Notes: a model not told the origin generated them from the letters alone. A stretch of 64,000 bases of DNA from an uncultured delta proteobacterium (GCA_963778655.1 CAVZVA010000009.1:1088001-1152000); one strand, 5' to 3'. Positions 18,097 to 28,289 are shown, counted from the stretch's first letter. A program made the numbers and translations.

Positions 18097-18624
18097 TCAG
18101 GGTGGGGGAGGGCGGCGGCTTTCCATCACGTAGTGCTGGGCGACGTTTTCCGCGGCGTTGGCGATCACGCGATCGGCGACGCGCAGCCGGCGGCTGAGCT
18201 CGCGCGCGATGTTCATCACCAACAATGCGTACTGCGCGATGTCGCGCTCGTAGAGCAGGCGCTTGACGTCGGCGGCGTTGATCCGCAGCAGCGCGCTCGG
18301 CGCGAGCGAGCGCACGCTGGCCGAGCGTGGCTGCACGTCCAGGATGGCCATCTCGCCCACCCAGTCGCCGGGCCCGAGCAGCGCCACGCGCACATCGTGA
18401 TCCGCGCCGCCCTTGTGCAGCACCTCGACCTCCCCGGTCAACACCACGTACATGTGCGCGGCCATCTCGCCCTCGACCATCAGCAGCTCGCCCGGGGCCG
18501 CCCACTGCGACGGTAGCTCGTGCGCCAGCAGGTCCAGCATCGCCTCGCTGAAGCCGTCGAACAGCCGCGTCATGCGCAACGCGGCGGGCGTGACCTCCGG
18601 TGGATTCGAGTTGGCTCTGGCCAT
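18097..18624 (-). CDS. Stand-alone cyclic-nucleotide-binding domain protein
   Basis: EGE..HMYVVLTGEVEV and GPGDWVGEMAILDVQPRSASVR. No C-terminal HTH is visible. Confidence 0.85.
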   Translation of the reverse strand: MARANSNPPEVTPAALRMTRLFDGFSEAMLDLLAHELPSQWAAPGELLMVEGEMAAHMYVVLTGEVEVLHKGGADHDVRVALLGPGDWVGEMAILDVQPRSASVRSLAPSALLRINAADVKRLLYERDIAQYALLVMNIARELSRRLRVADRVIANAAENVAQHYVMESRRPPPP

Positions 18625-18702
18625 GACGCCACCATGGTAGCCACAGCGACGCCCAAACGCGAGGGTAGCTGGGTACGGGCGCCGTCTGCGCTTCCGGCGG
18701 CC

Positions 18703-19584
18703 TCAGAACAGGGTGTCGTGGCCGAGCACGGCGTTGTCGATCAGGCGCGTGCTGCCGATGCGCGCGGCTACCAGCATCACCGGGGGACGCGGCCCGAGCA
18801 GGGCGCCGCCGCCGGGCTTGGCCAGCGTCTCGAGCGACTCGGCGTCGGCCAGGGCCACGTAATCGATGGCGTCGAAGCGCGCCTCGATCGGCGCGCGCGC
18901 GATCGCTTCGAGCGCGAGCACGCCACGCTCGCCGTCGCGGTAGGCGGCGTCGGCGTCTCGCAGGCCCTCGACGATCGCGGTGGCGCGGCGCCGCTGCTCG
19001 GGATCGAGGTAGCGGTTGCGCGAAGACAGCGCGAGCCCGTCGCGCTCGCGGTGAATCGGGCAGCCGAGCACCTCGACCGGCATGCCCAGATCGCGCACCA
19101 TGCGCTCGATCACGCGCCACTGCTGGTAGTCCTTGCGCCCGAACGCGGCCACGCAGGGCCCCACCGCGTTGAGCAGCTTGGTCACCACCGTGGTCACGCC
19201 CTGAAAGTGCGTGGGCCGCGCGGCGCCATCGAGGCCGGCGGTGAGCCGCTCGACCGCGACATGGGTCTGGAACCCCGCCGGGTACATCGCGTCGGCGTCG
19301 GGCAGGTACACGACGTCGACGCCATGCTCGCGACACAACGCGAGATCCTGCGCGAGCGTGCGCGGATAGCGCGCGAAGTCCTCCTGCGGTCCGAACTGCA
19401 GTGGATTGACGAAGATGCTGAGCGCGACGCGCTCGGCGCCGTGCTGGCGCGCGGCCTGCACCAGAGAGAGATGCCCGGCGTGCAGCGCGCCCATGGTCGG
19501 CACGAAGCCCACACGCAGGCCGTGCTCGCGCAGCTCGTCGCAGCTCCGCCGCAGCACGGCCGGCTCGCGGACCTCCTGCATCAT
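18703..19584 (-). CDS. panC: Pantoate-beta-alanine ligase
   Basis: PTMGALHAGHLSL, SIFVNPLQF, RPTHFQGV, FGRKDYQQ, GLALSSRN and TRLIDN. The start overlaps the panB stop (ATGA). Confidence 0.96.
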   Translation of the reverse strand: MMQEVREPAVLRRSCDELREHGLRVGFVPTMGALHAGHLSLVQAARQHGAERVALSIFVNPLQFGPQEDFARYPRTLAQDLALCREHGVDVVYLPDADAMYPAGFQTHVAVERLTAGLDGAARPTHFQGVTTVVTKLLNAVGPCVAAFGRKDYQQWRVIERMVRDLGMPVEVLGCPIHRERDGLALSSRNRYLDPEQRRRATAIVEGLRDADAAYRDGERGVLALEAIARAPIEARFDAIDYVALADAESLETLAKPGGGALLGPRPPVMLVAARIGSTRLIDNAVLGHDTLF

Positions 19585-20510
19585 CCGCGCACGGGCTCGC
19601 CGCCGGCGGAGGCGGCCTGCACTCCGTCGGGTGCGGGCGGCTCGCCCAGCGTCCCGGCGACCGGCGGCGTGGCCCGCTCCGGAATCATGCCGAAACTGTG
19701 CGCAGCAGCCGGGAACTGGCCCGCGCGCACCTCCGCCCGAAAGCGCGCCATCGCGTCCGCGCCGCGCTGGTAGAAGCTCTCGTACTGCTTGACGAAGCGC
19801 GGTACGCGCTCCGGGGTCAGGCCGAGCAGGTCGTAGCACACCAGCACCTGGCCGTCGCAGTGCGGTCCAGCGCCGATGCCGATCGTCGGCACCGGAAGCT
19901 CGGCGGTGATGCGCGAGGCGAGCTCGCTGGGAATGCCCTCGAGCACCACGGCGTAGGCCCCCGCCTCGGCCACCGCCCTGGCGTCGTGCAGCACGCGCAG
20001 CGCGTCTTCCTCGCGTTTGCCTTGCAGCTTGAACCCGCCGAGCGCGTGCACGCTCTGCGGGGTCAGGCCCACGTGGCCCATCACCGGAATGCCGGCCGCC
20101 ACGATGCGGCGGATACTCGGCGCTTGATCGACGCCGCCCTCGAGCTTGACCGCGTGCATGCCGCCTTCGGCCAAGAAACGGCCCGCGGCGCGCAGGGCGT
20201 CTTCGGGCGAGACCTGGTAGCTCATGAACGGCATGTCGCCGACCAGGTGCGCGCGCTTGCTGCCGCGCGCGACCGCGCGGCAGTGATACAGCATTTCATC
20301 CAGGGTCACCGGCAGCGTGGTTTGCTGTCCCTGCACGACCATGCCGAGCGAGTCGCCGACCAGCAGGACGTCGGCGCCGCCTTCATCCAGCATGCGGGCA
20401 AAGGTGGCATCGTAGGCGGTGACCATCGTGATTGGCTCGGAGCGAGAGGTCATCGCTCGCAGCGTCTGCACGGTCACGCGCGCGTCGCTCGAAACGCTGT
20501 GTTTGGACAC
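19581..20510 (-). CDS. panB: 3-methyl-2-oxobutanoate hydroxymethyltransferase
   Basis: TAYDA, LVGDSLGM, DMPFMSY, VKLEGG, GHVGLTPQ and IGIGAG. Confidence 0.96.
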   Translation of the reverse strand: MSKHSVSSDARVTVQTLRAMTSRSEPITMVTAYDATFARMLDEGGADVLLVGDSLGMVVQGQQTTLPVTLDEMLYHCRAVARGSKRAHLVGDMPFMSYQVSPEDALRAAGRFLAEGGMHAVKLEGGVDQAPSIRRIVAAGIPVMGHVGLTPQSVHALGGFKLQGKREEDALRVLHDARAVAEAGAYAVVLEGIPSELASRITAELPVPTIGIGAGPHCDGQVLVCYDLLGLTPERVPRFVKQYESFYQRGADAMARFRAEVRAGQFPAAAHSFGMIPERATPPVAGTLGEPPAPDGVQAASAGGEPVRG

Positions 20511-20672
20511 GGCTGCTCTGGTTGCGCCCGAGTCGCGGCCAGGTCCAATCCCGGTCCACGCTGTGCGAACACCGCCAGCTTAGCACGCCGCGGCGGATGC
20601 GGGGCAGAGGCCCGGTGGGTGTCGAATTGTCGAACGATCTTCTGTGCTCCCGCGCGCTGGCCGGCAGTCGCC

Positions 20673-20869
20673 GGGTCTGGTTCTCATCTGATCGCGCGGT
20701 GGTCGAGCGGAACGCTCAGACCCTGCGGCTTTCGCGAGGGGCGGTACGCCGGGCTTGCGGCCCCTCCCCGGCGGAGTGAATTCGCCGGGCCCCGTCCCCA
20801 CGCGAGGCCGCGCTGCGCGGCGTCGTTGGCGACAAACCCTGTTCGTGCTCAGCACGAGATCCCCACCCC
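20673..20869. mobile_element. MITE-like non-coding element, copy 1 (~197 bp, imperfect terminal inverted repeats)
   Basis: Collinear with 55668-55863. Ends GGGTCTGGTTCTCATCTGATC and GCTCAGCACGAGATCCCCACCCC. Shared internal hairpins. Confidence 0.65.
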
Positions 20870-21017
20870 AGCCGCCCGACCCTCGACCCGCCGGCGCGGC
20901 AAGGATGGGCGTCCGGGCCGCCGCCGGTTCACGGCGATGAAACCGTGGCGAGACCGCGCGCTTACACGGGGATTGCAGACTGGGCCGGCGCGTGCATCCT
21001 GCGGCACGCGAGCTGTC

Positions 21018-21728
21018 ATGTCGCTGCCAACGCCGCGCTCCCTACTCACTCTCGCCCGCAGCGAATTGCGGGATGCGCTGGTGCGCGTCGCGCGCCTGCC
21101 GTGGCCGGGCCCGGTGCAGCGCTACGCGCAGGACACCCTGGGGCGAGCGCTGCGTTACTTTCCCGTGCTGGCCGAGCTGCTGGGTTGGCCCGCGCAGCGC
21201 GTTCCGGCACCGGCTGCGCAGCCCGCGCCCGCGCAGCCCGCCGCGCAGCCGCCGTCCGCGCCCGCACGGCCTGCCGACTCGGGCGCGACCAACGGCGGCG
21301 GCTCGCGCCCCGCGCTGGACGTGGACGCAGCGCTGGCCGCGCTGCGCGGTCCGAGCGCGGAGGCCGCGGCCAGCGCGGCCGAGACGCTTGCGGCTTGCGT
21401 GGACCCGCGCGCGCGCGCCGCGCTGCTCGAGGTGGTGTACAACCTCGATGGCTACTTCCACCCCTTGCCGCGGGTGGCGGCGCTGCGCGCGCTGGCGCGC
21501 GAGCGCTCGGAGCCTGCGCTGCGCGCGATCGTCGCCGCGGTCGACAGTGTCTCGGCCGAGGTCAGCCTGGCCGCGATCGGGGCCCTGGTCGAGAGCGCGC
21601 CGGAGCACGCGCTGGCGCCCATCCGCCGCGTGGTGGAGGATCCCTCGAACTACTTCGCGGCCGAGGTGCGCGCCGCGGCCGAGCGCGCTCTGGCCCGGCT
21701 GAGCGCGCGCACCGGCGCGCCGAGCTGA
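21018..21728 (+). CDS. HEAT-repeat-like protein
   Basis: ATG 21018. A Pro/Ala linker precedes helical repeats (PRVAALRALA, VSLAAIGALV, EVRAAAERALARL). Confidence 0.65.
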   Translation: MSLPTPRSLLTLARSELRDALVRVARLPWPGPVQRYAQDTLGRALRYFPVLAELLGWPAQRVPAPAAQPAPAQPAAQPPSAPARPADSGATNGGGSRPALDVDAALAALRGPSAEAAASAAETLAACVDPRARAALLEVVYNLDGYFHPLPRVAALRALARERSEPALRAIVAAVDSVSAEVSLAAIGALVESAPEHALAPIRRVVEDPSNYFAAEVRAAAERALARLSARTGAPS

Positions 21729-21899
21729 AGCCCGGGCGGCGGGCCTATCCGCGGCGTCCCGTGGCAAGCGCGGTGGATAGGGGGCGATTGCGAACGCGGG
21801 TTTGAGCGCGCCGCGCACAGCGCGTCACGGGCCTTGCGTGTGCCTGGACGAGCGCCGATTATCGACGCCGCCCGCGCCGGACCGGATCGAGAGACCTGC

Positions 21900-22137
21900 A
21901 TGAGGATCGGCATCTTCGCCTCGACTACGGGTTTCGTGCTGCCCGCGCACGAGTTCGCGCGAGCACTGCCAGCAGTGCGGCTTAGAGTCGTCCTGGGTGC
22001 CCGCGCACAGCCACAACTTCTTGGAGCGAGTGTGCGAGCTGGGCGCGGCGCGCGTGGTGCTGACCGTGCCCGCGACCAACGAGCGCGATCTCGCGCGACT
22101 CGACCGCTACGTCCATCTGACGCGGGCGGTGGTGTGA
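21900..22137 (+). pseudogene. Remnant of an LLM-class (F420-dependent-type) oxidoreductase; frameshifted and internally deleted
   Basis: MRIGIFASTTGFVLPAHEFARA in one frame, then in another frame CGLESSWVPAHSH fused to LERVCELGAARVVLTVP..LDRY. These resemble the N- and C-termini of luciferase-like monooxygenases. Confidence 0.55.
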
Positions 22138-22206
22138 GCGCGCGTGCGCAGCTCTGCGGCCGTGCCGAGCTCCCGTCGGTCGACTCGGGCTGCTAACGTC
22201 GGGATG

Positions 22207-23259
22207 GTGGGCATGCGATTCTCGAGGGTGCCGGGCGCGGTCTCGACTCCGCGAGCAAGTGCCATCGGCATGGTGCTGCTGCTCGCGCTCGGGGGATGCA
22301 ACGCCTACAATCGCTCGCTGCTGAAGGCGTCCGGCTCGCACCCGAGCCCCGGCAGCGGGGAAGACGCCGACGGCGGCTTCGACGCGGCGCTGCCGGGGCA
22401 GGACGCGCGCGTGCCGTCTGGGGGCGGCAGTGCTGACGCCCGCGTCGTGCCCGATGCCGCGTCCGAGGACGCCAGCGGGATCGCGAGCGGACAGCCCGAC
22501 GCCTCGATGCCGGACAACGAAGCCGGGGCAGCCGGCAGTGGTCCGCGTGCGTGCATGGCGGCCGCGGTGGGCGACTACTGCGCGCAGCTGCCGAGCTTGC
22601 CCGCGGCACCCGAGATCGATGGCGTGCTCGACTGCGATCTCGGGCTGCAGAGGGTGACCCCAGAGGGATGGAACGGCGCGGGCTCCGTGCCCTCCGGCCT
22701 CAGCGCGCAGATCGCCGCGGCGTGGCGCAGCGACGGGCTCTACGTGTACGTGGAGGTTCGGGGCCAGGCGCCCATGCCGCACCCTTCCGGCAGCCGTATC
22801 GACTGTGGCGACGCGGTGGAGCTGTACGTGGATTCCGACGGGACCACCGGGAGCTCCTACGACACTCCGGGGACCATGCAGTTCATCGTGGCCGCGCCCT
22901 CGGCCAGCTCGCCCCAGACGATCGAAGCTGCGCGCTACAACGGCGGCCCCCACGGCGTGTGGAGCTCACAAGCGCTGCATACCATGGCCTTCGCCGACGG
23001 CTACGCAGTCGAGGCGTTCATCACGCCGGCGGACCTGGACCTCACCGCGTGGTCGCCTGCTTCGGGAGGATCGATCGGCCTGGACGTGGCGATCGACGTG
23101 TCAGCATCGGCCGCGCCCTACCGAAGCGGCAGCGGTTGCCCCTCGACCGGCGCTCAGCTGGGCCAGTACTTCCTGCGCGTCTCGGCCGAGTCCGACAGCT
23201 GCAACCATGAGCCCTACTGCGACCCCCGCGCTTTCTGCACGCCCGAGCTCCAACCCTGA
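22207..23259 (+). CDS. Lipoprotein with a CBM9/DOMON-like sugar-binding domain
   Basis: LLLALGGC lipobox. PEIDGVLD, AWRSDGLYVYVEV, GDAVELYVD, GYAVEAFI and IGLDVAID. The exact start is uncertain (22204, 22207 or 22213). Confidence 0.7.
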   Translation: MGMRFSRVPGAVSTPRASAIGMVLLLALGGCNAYNRSLLKASGSHPSPGSGEDADGGFDAALPGQDARVPSGGGSADARVVPDAASEDASGIASGQPDASMPDNEAGAAGSGPRACMAAAVGDYCAQLPSLPAAPEIDGVLDCDLGLQRVTPEGWNGAGSVPSGLSAQIAAAWRSDGLYVYVEVRGQAPMPHPSGSRIDCGDAVELYVDSDGTTGSSYDTPGTMQFIVAAPSASSPQTIEAARYNGGPHGVWSSQALHTMAFADGYAVEAFITPADLDLTAWSPASGGSIGLDVAIDVSASAAPYRSGSGCPSTGAQLGQYFLRVSAESDSCNHEPYCDPRAFCTPELQP

Positions 23260-23290
23260 CCCAAGCTCCACGGTCGCAGCTGTAGCCGCG

Positions 23291-23331
23291 CTCGTCCTCG
23301 TCCTCGTAGTCTCGTACCCGTCCTCGTAGTC
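23291..23331. repeat. Degenerate CTCGTC/CTCGTA short tandem repeat between convergent genes
   Basis: ctcgtcctcgtcctcgtagtctcgtacccgtcctcgtagtc. Confidence 0.55.
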
Positions 23332-23344
23332 GCCGCTGCCGCCC

Positions 23345-24607
23345 CTACCTCAGCTCTTCCAGCTTGCTCTCGATCGCCGCCCGCGCCTCGGCGTCGTCCT
23401 TCGCCAGCTCGGCTGCGCGCTGAAGCATGCGTCGCGCGTCCTGCCGCCGATCGAGCTCGGCCAGCAAACGCGCCGCCTGCTGGTAATACTCGACGTGACG
23501 CGTCACGTCGCTGCCGGCGGAGAGCAAGTGGTAGAGGTCGAGCGCCCGCGCCTTGTTCCCGCGCTTCTCGTGCATGCGCGCGAGCGGGACCGCACACTCG
23601 GGCGGCAGGTCCAGGTGCTGGCGCGAGGTGAGGTAGACCACCACCTCTTCCAGCAGCGCGATCGCCTGCTCCTCGTCGCCGAGATCCGCGTGCGCCAGCC
23701 CGAGCTCGAGCGTGAGCCGAAACTCGCGCTGCACCTCGCTGTCGAGCGCGCCGCGGGCCGAGCTCAGCACCTCGATCGCCTCGGCCGGCATGCCCTCGCG
23801 GCGGAAGAAACCCGCCATCGCGAGGTAGGGTCGCGGATCGTCGGGCAGGGCCTCGACCGCGGCTTCGTACTCGGCGGTGGCGGCTTCGAAGTCGCCGCCG
23901 GCCTGGTGCAGCGCGGCCAGCTCCATGTGCGCGACCAGCCGTGCCTCGCCGCCTTCCTCGGCCGCGAGCCCCGACAGGAAGCGGCGCAGAGCTTCTTTTC
24001 CGCCTTCTGCCTCGCCGTCGAGTAGGCGCGCGCGTCCGAGCTCGAACCACAGGTAGCGCGGGCTGGCGGCCGCCTCCACCACCTGCTCCAGCGCCGGCCG
24101 CGCGCGCGCCGCGTCTCCCTCGTAAAGCGCGAGCAGCGCCGCGCGCAGCGCCTCGCCCTGCACGCTGTACTCCTCGTGCTGATCGTCCTCCCAGCTGCCG
24201 GCGATGATCTCGAAGCGCTCTTCCTCGCTCTGCTCGACCGCGCTGGCGTGCGCCCGCGCCTCGCGCCGTTCCGCGCTCTCCAGCTTGCTCTCCGCCTCGG
24301 CCAGCAGCTCGGGGCTGGCCGCCATCTCGATCGCGCTCAGCAGCTCGCTGGCCGCCAGCTCCGCGGCGCCCTCGCGCATCAACCGCTCAGCTTCCTCGAT
24401 GTGCGCGCGGGCGAGCGCGTCGCGCGCAGCGGCTACCCTTGCGGCCAGCGCCTGCTTGGTCTCGTCAGGCTCGCCCTGCGCCAGCTCCAGCGCCCGCTCG
24501 AACGCCAGCTTGGCGAGCCCGATCTGGCCGCTCGCGAACAGCGCCTCCGCACGCTCGCGTTCCTCGGCGGCGCTACGGCGTCCGAATAGCTTGGAGATCA
24601 GCGACAT
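23345..24607 (-). CDS. Tetratricopeptide repeat protein
   Basis: ATG 24607 (MSLISKLFGRR). Multiple TPR-like helix pairs. Confidence 0.8.
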   Translation of the reverse strand: MSLISKLFGRRSAAEERERAEALFASGQIGLAKLAFERALELAQGEPDETKQALAARVAAARDALARAHIEEAERLMREGAAELAASELLSAIEMAASPELLAEAESKLESAERREARAHASAVEQSEEERFEIIAGSWEDDQHEEYSVQGEALRAALLALYEGDAARARPALEQVVEAAASPRYLWFELGRARLLDGEAEGGKEALRRFLSGLAAEEGGEARLVAHMELAALHQAGGDFEAATAEYEAAVEALPDDPRPYLAMAGFFRREGMPAEAIEVLSSARGALDSEVQREFRLTLELGLAHADLGDEEQAIALLEEVVVYLTSRQHLDLPPECAVPLARMHEKRGNKARALDLYHLLSAGSDVTRHVEYYQQAARLLAELDRRQDARRMLQRAAELAKDDAEARAAIESKLEELR

Positions 24608-24710
24608 GCACCCTCGCGCAGGCGCCGAACATGCCACCCTGGCGGCCGACTGCCAAGCCCGCGCGACCGTCTCGCGTCCGGAGCAGGCCGCGCGCGGGTA
24701 CCGAGAGGAC

Positions 24711-24760
24711 TCACAAGCAGGCGGGCAGACGGGAAGACCGAGATCTCAGAGTCCTTCCCG
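24711..24760 (+). repeat. REP-like repeat family A copy with inverted partner
   Basis: TCACAAGCAGGCGGGCAGACGGGAAG matches the consensus at 23/26. CTTCCCG partner at 24754-24760. Confidence 0.65.
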
Positions 24761-24778
24761 TTGCATTCCCCTGGATCC

Positions 24779-25906
24779 TCAGCCGCGCTCTTTGCGCGAG
24801 GCCCACTGCGACGCGAGCGAGCGGATCTGAGCGGACACGTTGCGGCTGCGCGCCAGCATACGCAGCTCGTCGGCGCGCATGTGGCCGAGGAACCTCAGCG
24901 AGATGCCGACCGGGCACTTGGGGTTGAACACCAGGTTGTGCTTGACCTCGGCGCTCTTGATCCACTCTTTCTTGTTGCCGATGTAGCGCAGGATCTCCTC
25001 GCTGACGTCCCTGCTCTTGGCGATCTCGACCGCTTCGGGCAGGGCGGTCTGCGGCGATGCGATGGCGGCGTAGGCCACCTGCCGGTTGTGGTCTCGCACG
25101 AGGATCGCCCGCGCGGCCTTGCTGCCGACCATCGCCATGCGCAGCTTTTCGGCCTTGCCCATATCCGCGATCTGCATGCTCAGCGGCTTGAACTGCTCCT
25201 TGACCGCCTCGACGCCGGTCGCGTCCTCCTCGAACACCTGGTCGTCGTCATGGCTCGAGTCGGCCACCAGTGTCTGCGCGAACATCCGGTCCTGGGGCAG
25301 TGCCTCGTCGGTCGGCTCCGGGATCAGCTGCTCCTGCAGCGCCTCGACGTGGGCCTTGAAGGCCGGGATGCCGGTCAGCTCGAGCCCGTTGCGCGCCGCC
25401 AGCTCGATCAGGCGATCGGCGGTGGACATGCGCATGTTGCGGTTCTTGTACAGCGCCTCGATGATGCGCGGTGCTGCCAGCAAGCGACGCTCGTTGACAG
25501 CGATGCGTTCGGCCAATATCTCGCTCGCGGAGTGCGCGATGCGCTCGATTGTGGCGTCGTGGGCGTTGGGGTTGCCGGCGATGCTCGCCAGCAGCTCCTG
25601 GTCGGCGATCAGCTGGCTCAGGAAGTCGAGCATCGGCGCCGGCAGCGGCGCCTCGCAGGCCGGTTGCAATACGTTGTGAGGCAGGTCCTTGAGGCTCCGG
25701 GTGGCGGCGTTGCGCACCTCGGCGACCTCGTCGGCGGCGAGCTGGATCAGCATCGTGATCTGGTCGTGCCCGCGGACCGGCACGAGCCCCTTGGCGGCCA
25801 TCAGGCGGGCGGGAGGGGGGCCCTTGGGATCGCAGAAGCGCCGGATGCCCTGGGGCAACGCCTCGAGCGGAAGGGGCAGGCTCTGGATGGGCGCGGTCTC
25901 GGACAT
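24779..25906 (-). CDS. Conserved-looking helical-repeat hypothetical protein (LRV/HEAT-like)
   Basis: ATG 25906. RLMAAKGLVP, IAGNPNAHD, EKLRMAMVGSKAARAILVRD and NLVFNPKCP. Codon usage is strongly biased. Confidence 0.75.
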   Translation of the reverse strand: MSETAPIQSLPLPLEALPQGIRRFCDPKGPPPARLMAAKGLVPVRGHDQITMLIQLAADEVAEVRNAATRSLKDLPHNVLQPACEAPLPAPMLDFLSQLIADQELLASIAGNPNAHDATIERIAHSASEILAERIAVNERRLLAAPRIIEALYKNRNMRMSTADRLIELAARNGLELTGIPAFKAHVEALQEQLIPEPTDEALPQDRMFAQTLVADSSHDDDQVFEEDATGVEAVKEQFKPLSMQIADMGKAEKLRMAMVGSKAARAILVRDHNRQVAYAAIASPQTALPEAVEIAKSRDVSEEILRYIGNKKEWIKSAEVKHNLVFNPKCPVGISLRFLGHMRADELRMLARSRNVSAQIRSLASQWASRKERG

Positions 25907-26030
25907 CGCAGCGGGCGGCTCCGAAGCATAGCGCCGGTCGGCGTGCATTTCAGTGCCGATCGATCGTCTCGCGTCTGACACCGCGGGTGCGGGTGCTGGC
26001 AAATCGGGCCGGCCTGCGCATAATTCGCGG

Positions 26031-28205
26031 GTGCGCGCCCCCCCTACCCATACGTCGCGTCGCCGCACGCGCGCGGCGGCCGGCGCGGCGCGGGCGCTGG
26101 CGCTAGCGATCCTGCTCGCGTGCTGCCACCGGGGCGCTCAGATCGATCTGCCGCCGCTGCCGCCGGAGCGGGACGCTGCGGTCGGAGCGCTGAGCATTCC
26201 GGACGGCGCGGTGCCCTGCAGCTCCGACGCCGACTGCGACGACGGGATCGCCTGCACCAAGGACTTCTGCCTGCCCGGCGGCTACTGCGTGCGCGCCGCC
26301 AACTCCAGCCTCTGCAGCAACGGCGTATTTTGCGACGGCGAGGAGGTGTGCGATCCGAGCTCCGGCTGCCGCTCGGGAACGCCAGAAAACTGCAATGACG
26401 ACGACGTGTGCACGGTGGACTCGTGCGACGAGGCCAACAAGCGCTGCGCGCACGATCCGCGCGACTTCGACCACGATGGCGAGTCGGACTGGCACTGCCC
26501 GGGCGGCACCGATTGCGACGACCTCGACCCGATGCGCGGCAGCCAGCAGCCCGAGATCTGCGGCGACATGATCGACAACGATTGCGACGACCAGGTGGAC
26601 GAGAGCGACTGCGTGTCGCCCTCGCACGACAGCTGCGAGGACGCGCTCGACGTGAGCGCCGGCGGCAGCTTCGCGGTCAGCCTCTCGGGCGCGGCGGCGG
26701 ACTACGCGCTGAGCTGCGCCAATCCCAACGAGCGCGACGTGGCCTTCAGCTTCACTCTGAGCGAGCCGCGCGACGTCACGCTGGTTGCGCGCGGCCTGCT
26801 GCCCGACAACAGCGAGGAGACGGCTACGGTCGCGGTGCGCACGCGCTGCGACGACCCGAGCACCGAGGACAAGTGCAGCCACGGCTTTCCAGCGCAGGTC
26901 CGCATCCGCGCGCTGCCGGCGGGCAGCTACTTCGCGATCGTCAGCAGCGACCAGGCGGTTCAGGTGGTGCTCGAGGCCAGCTTCGATCCCCCCACGGCCC
27001 CGGCCACCAACACCACCTGCGACCATCCCATCGACATCGGCGCCGGCGGCCGCTTCGAGGGCAATTTTGTCGACGCCGGCGACGACCAGCGGCTGGCCTG
27101 CGGCTTCATGGGCGCCGAGGATCTGACCTACCGCTTCACGCTCGACAAGGAGCAGGACGTCGAGCTCTCGGCGTTGAGCCTCAGCGGCGGGCGCATGAGC
27201 TTCGAGGTGCGCGGCAGCTGCGACGACCCCGCGACCAGCGTGCGCTGCGTATCGGACGCGCCGGCAAGGGCACGGCTGTACCAGCTGCCGGCAGGCACGT
27301 ACTACGTGGTGCTGGAGGGCCCGACCTCGCGCGAGGTCGACTTCAGCCTGGACGTCGCCTTCCTCGATCCCAGCAGCCCGCCGCCGGGCGACGGTTGCGG
27401 CGATCCGCTCGAGCTCGCGCTCGGCACGCAGCAGGCGGACACGCTCGCCGACCGGCAGGATCTGGTCAGCGTGGTGTGCGGCTGCAGCCAGACCCAGTCG
27501 CAGCAGGGGTGCAACCAGTTCCTGCCGGACATCGTCTACCACGTGCACGTCGACAAGCCGACGGATCTGGGCCTGCACATAGACGGGGGCAGCGCGCTGA
27601 TGGTGTACGACTTCCGCAGCGACTGCGCGGACCCGAGCTCGCAGCTCGCCTGCGGCGACGGCGCGATGGTGGACGGCCGCCTGCGTAACGTGCAGGCGGG
27701 CGACTACTCCCTGGTGCTCGAGTCGCCCGCACCGGCCAACGATCCGGCTAGCTTCACGGTGGAGCTCGACAAGTTGCCGCGCACGGTGCCGGTGCCGGTC
27801 GACGGCAATGACACCTGCGCGAGCGCGTTCGACGTGCCGAGCGATGGCGGGCTGTTCGAGGGCGACACCCTCGGCATGATCGACGACTACCAGGCGGTCT
27901 GCGGCGGCGGCTCGAGCTCGGCGGACGCCGTGTTTCACCTCGCCCTGACCCGGCGCTCGCGCGTCACGGCCTCGCTGGAGGCGTCGTTCGACACCGTGCT
28001 GTACCGCTACTCGGACACCGGCAAGGGAGCCGACAGCTGTCAGCCCAAGGCGGAGGCCGCGTGCAACGACGACAGCGGGCAGGGCAGCACCAACAGCGCG
28101 CTGTCCGAGGTGCTGGCCACCGGCGACTACTACTACGTCGTCGACGGTTTCAACGACAGCAACTCGGGCAAGTACCTACTCGACATTTCGGTCACGCCCC
28201 AGTGA
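26031..28205 (+). CDS. Cys-rich secreted protein with putative metal-binding motif (DCDD..EICGDMIDNDCD) and four PPC-like beta modules
   Basis: Probable GTG 26031 after CATAAT. LAILLACC signal. Repeated D/TC..P/A-D..GG.F....YYVV modules. Confidence 0.75.
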   Translation: MRAPPTHTSRRRTRAAAGAARALALAILLACCHRGAQIDLPPLPPERDAAVGALSIPDGAVPCSSDADCDDGIACTKDFCLPGGYCVRAANSSLCSNGVFCDGEEVCDPSSGCRSGTPENCNDDDVCTVDSCDEANKRCAHDPRDFDHDGESDWHCPGGTDCDDLDPMRGSQQPEICGDMIDNDCDDQVDESDCVSPSHDSCEDALDVSAGGSFAVSLSGAAADYALSCANPNERDVAFSFTLSEPRDVTLVARGLLPDNSEETATVAVRTRCDDPSTEDKCSHGFPAQVRIRALPAGSYFAIVSSDQAVQVVLEASFDPPTAPATNTTCDHPIDIGAGGRFEGNFVDAGDDQRLACGFMGAEDLTYRFTLDKEQDVELSALSLSGGRMSFEVRGSCDDPATSVRCVSDAPARARLYQLPAGTYYVVLEGPTSREVDFSLDVAFLDPSSPPPGDGCGDPLELALGTQQADTLADRQDLVSVVCGCSQTQSQQGCNQFLPDIVYHVHVDKPTDLGLHIDGGSALMVYDFRSDCADPSSQLACGDGAMVDGRLRNVQAGDYSLVLESPAPANDPASFTVELDKLPRTVPVPVDGNDTCASAFDVPSDGGLFEGDTLGMIDDYQAVCGGGSSSADAVFHLALTRRSRVTASLEASFDTVLYRYSDTGKGADSCQPKAEAACNDDSGQGSTNSALSEVLATGDYYYVVDGFNDSNSGKYLLDISVTPQ

Positions 28206-28289
28206 CGGCGGATCGCCAGGGTCGGGCGCCCGCGGCGTCATACTCGGCAGCGCACCGCGGGTCGTGATACGATCGAAGTTGAGTGGCGC

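Noticed and set aside
19698..21017. Long N-terminal extension of the ORF ending at 21728
   Set aside because: It overlaps panB antisense and the MITE-like element. The plausible start is ATG 21018.
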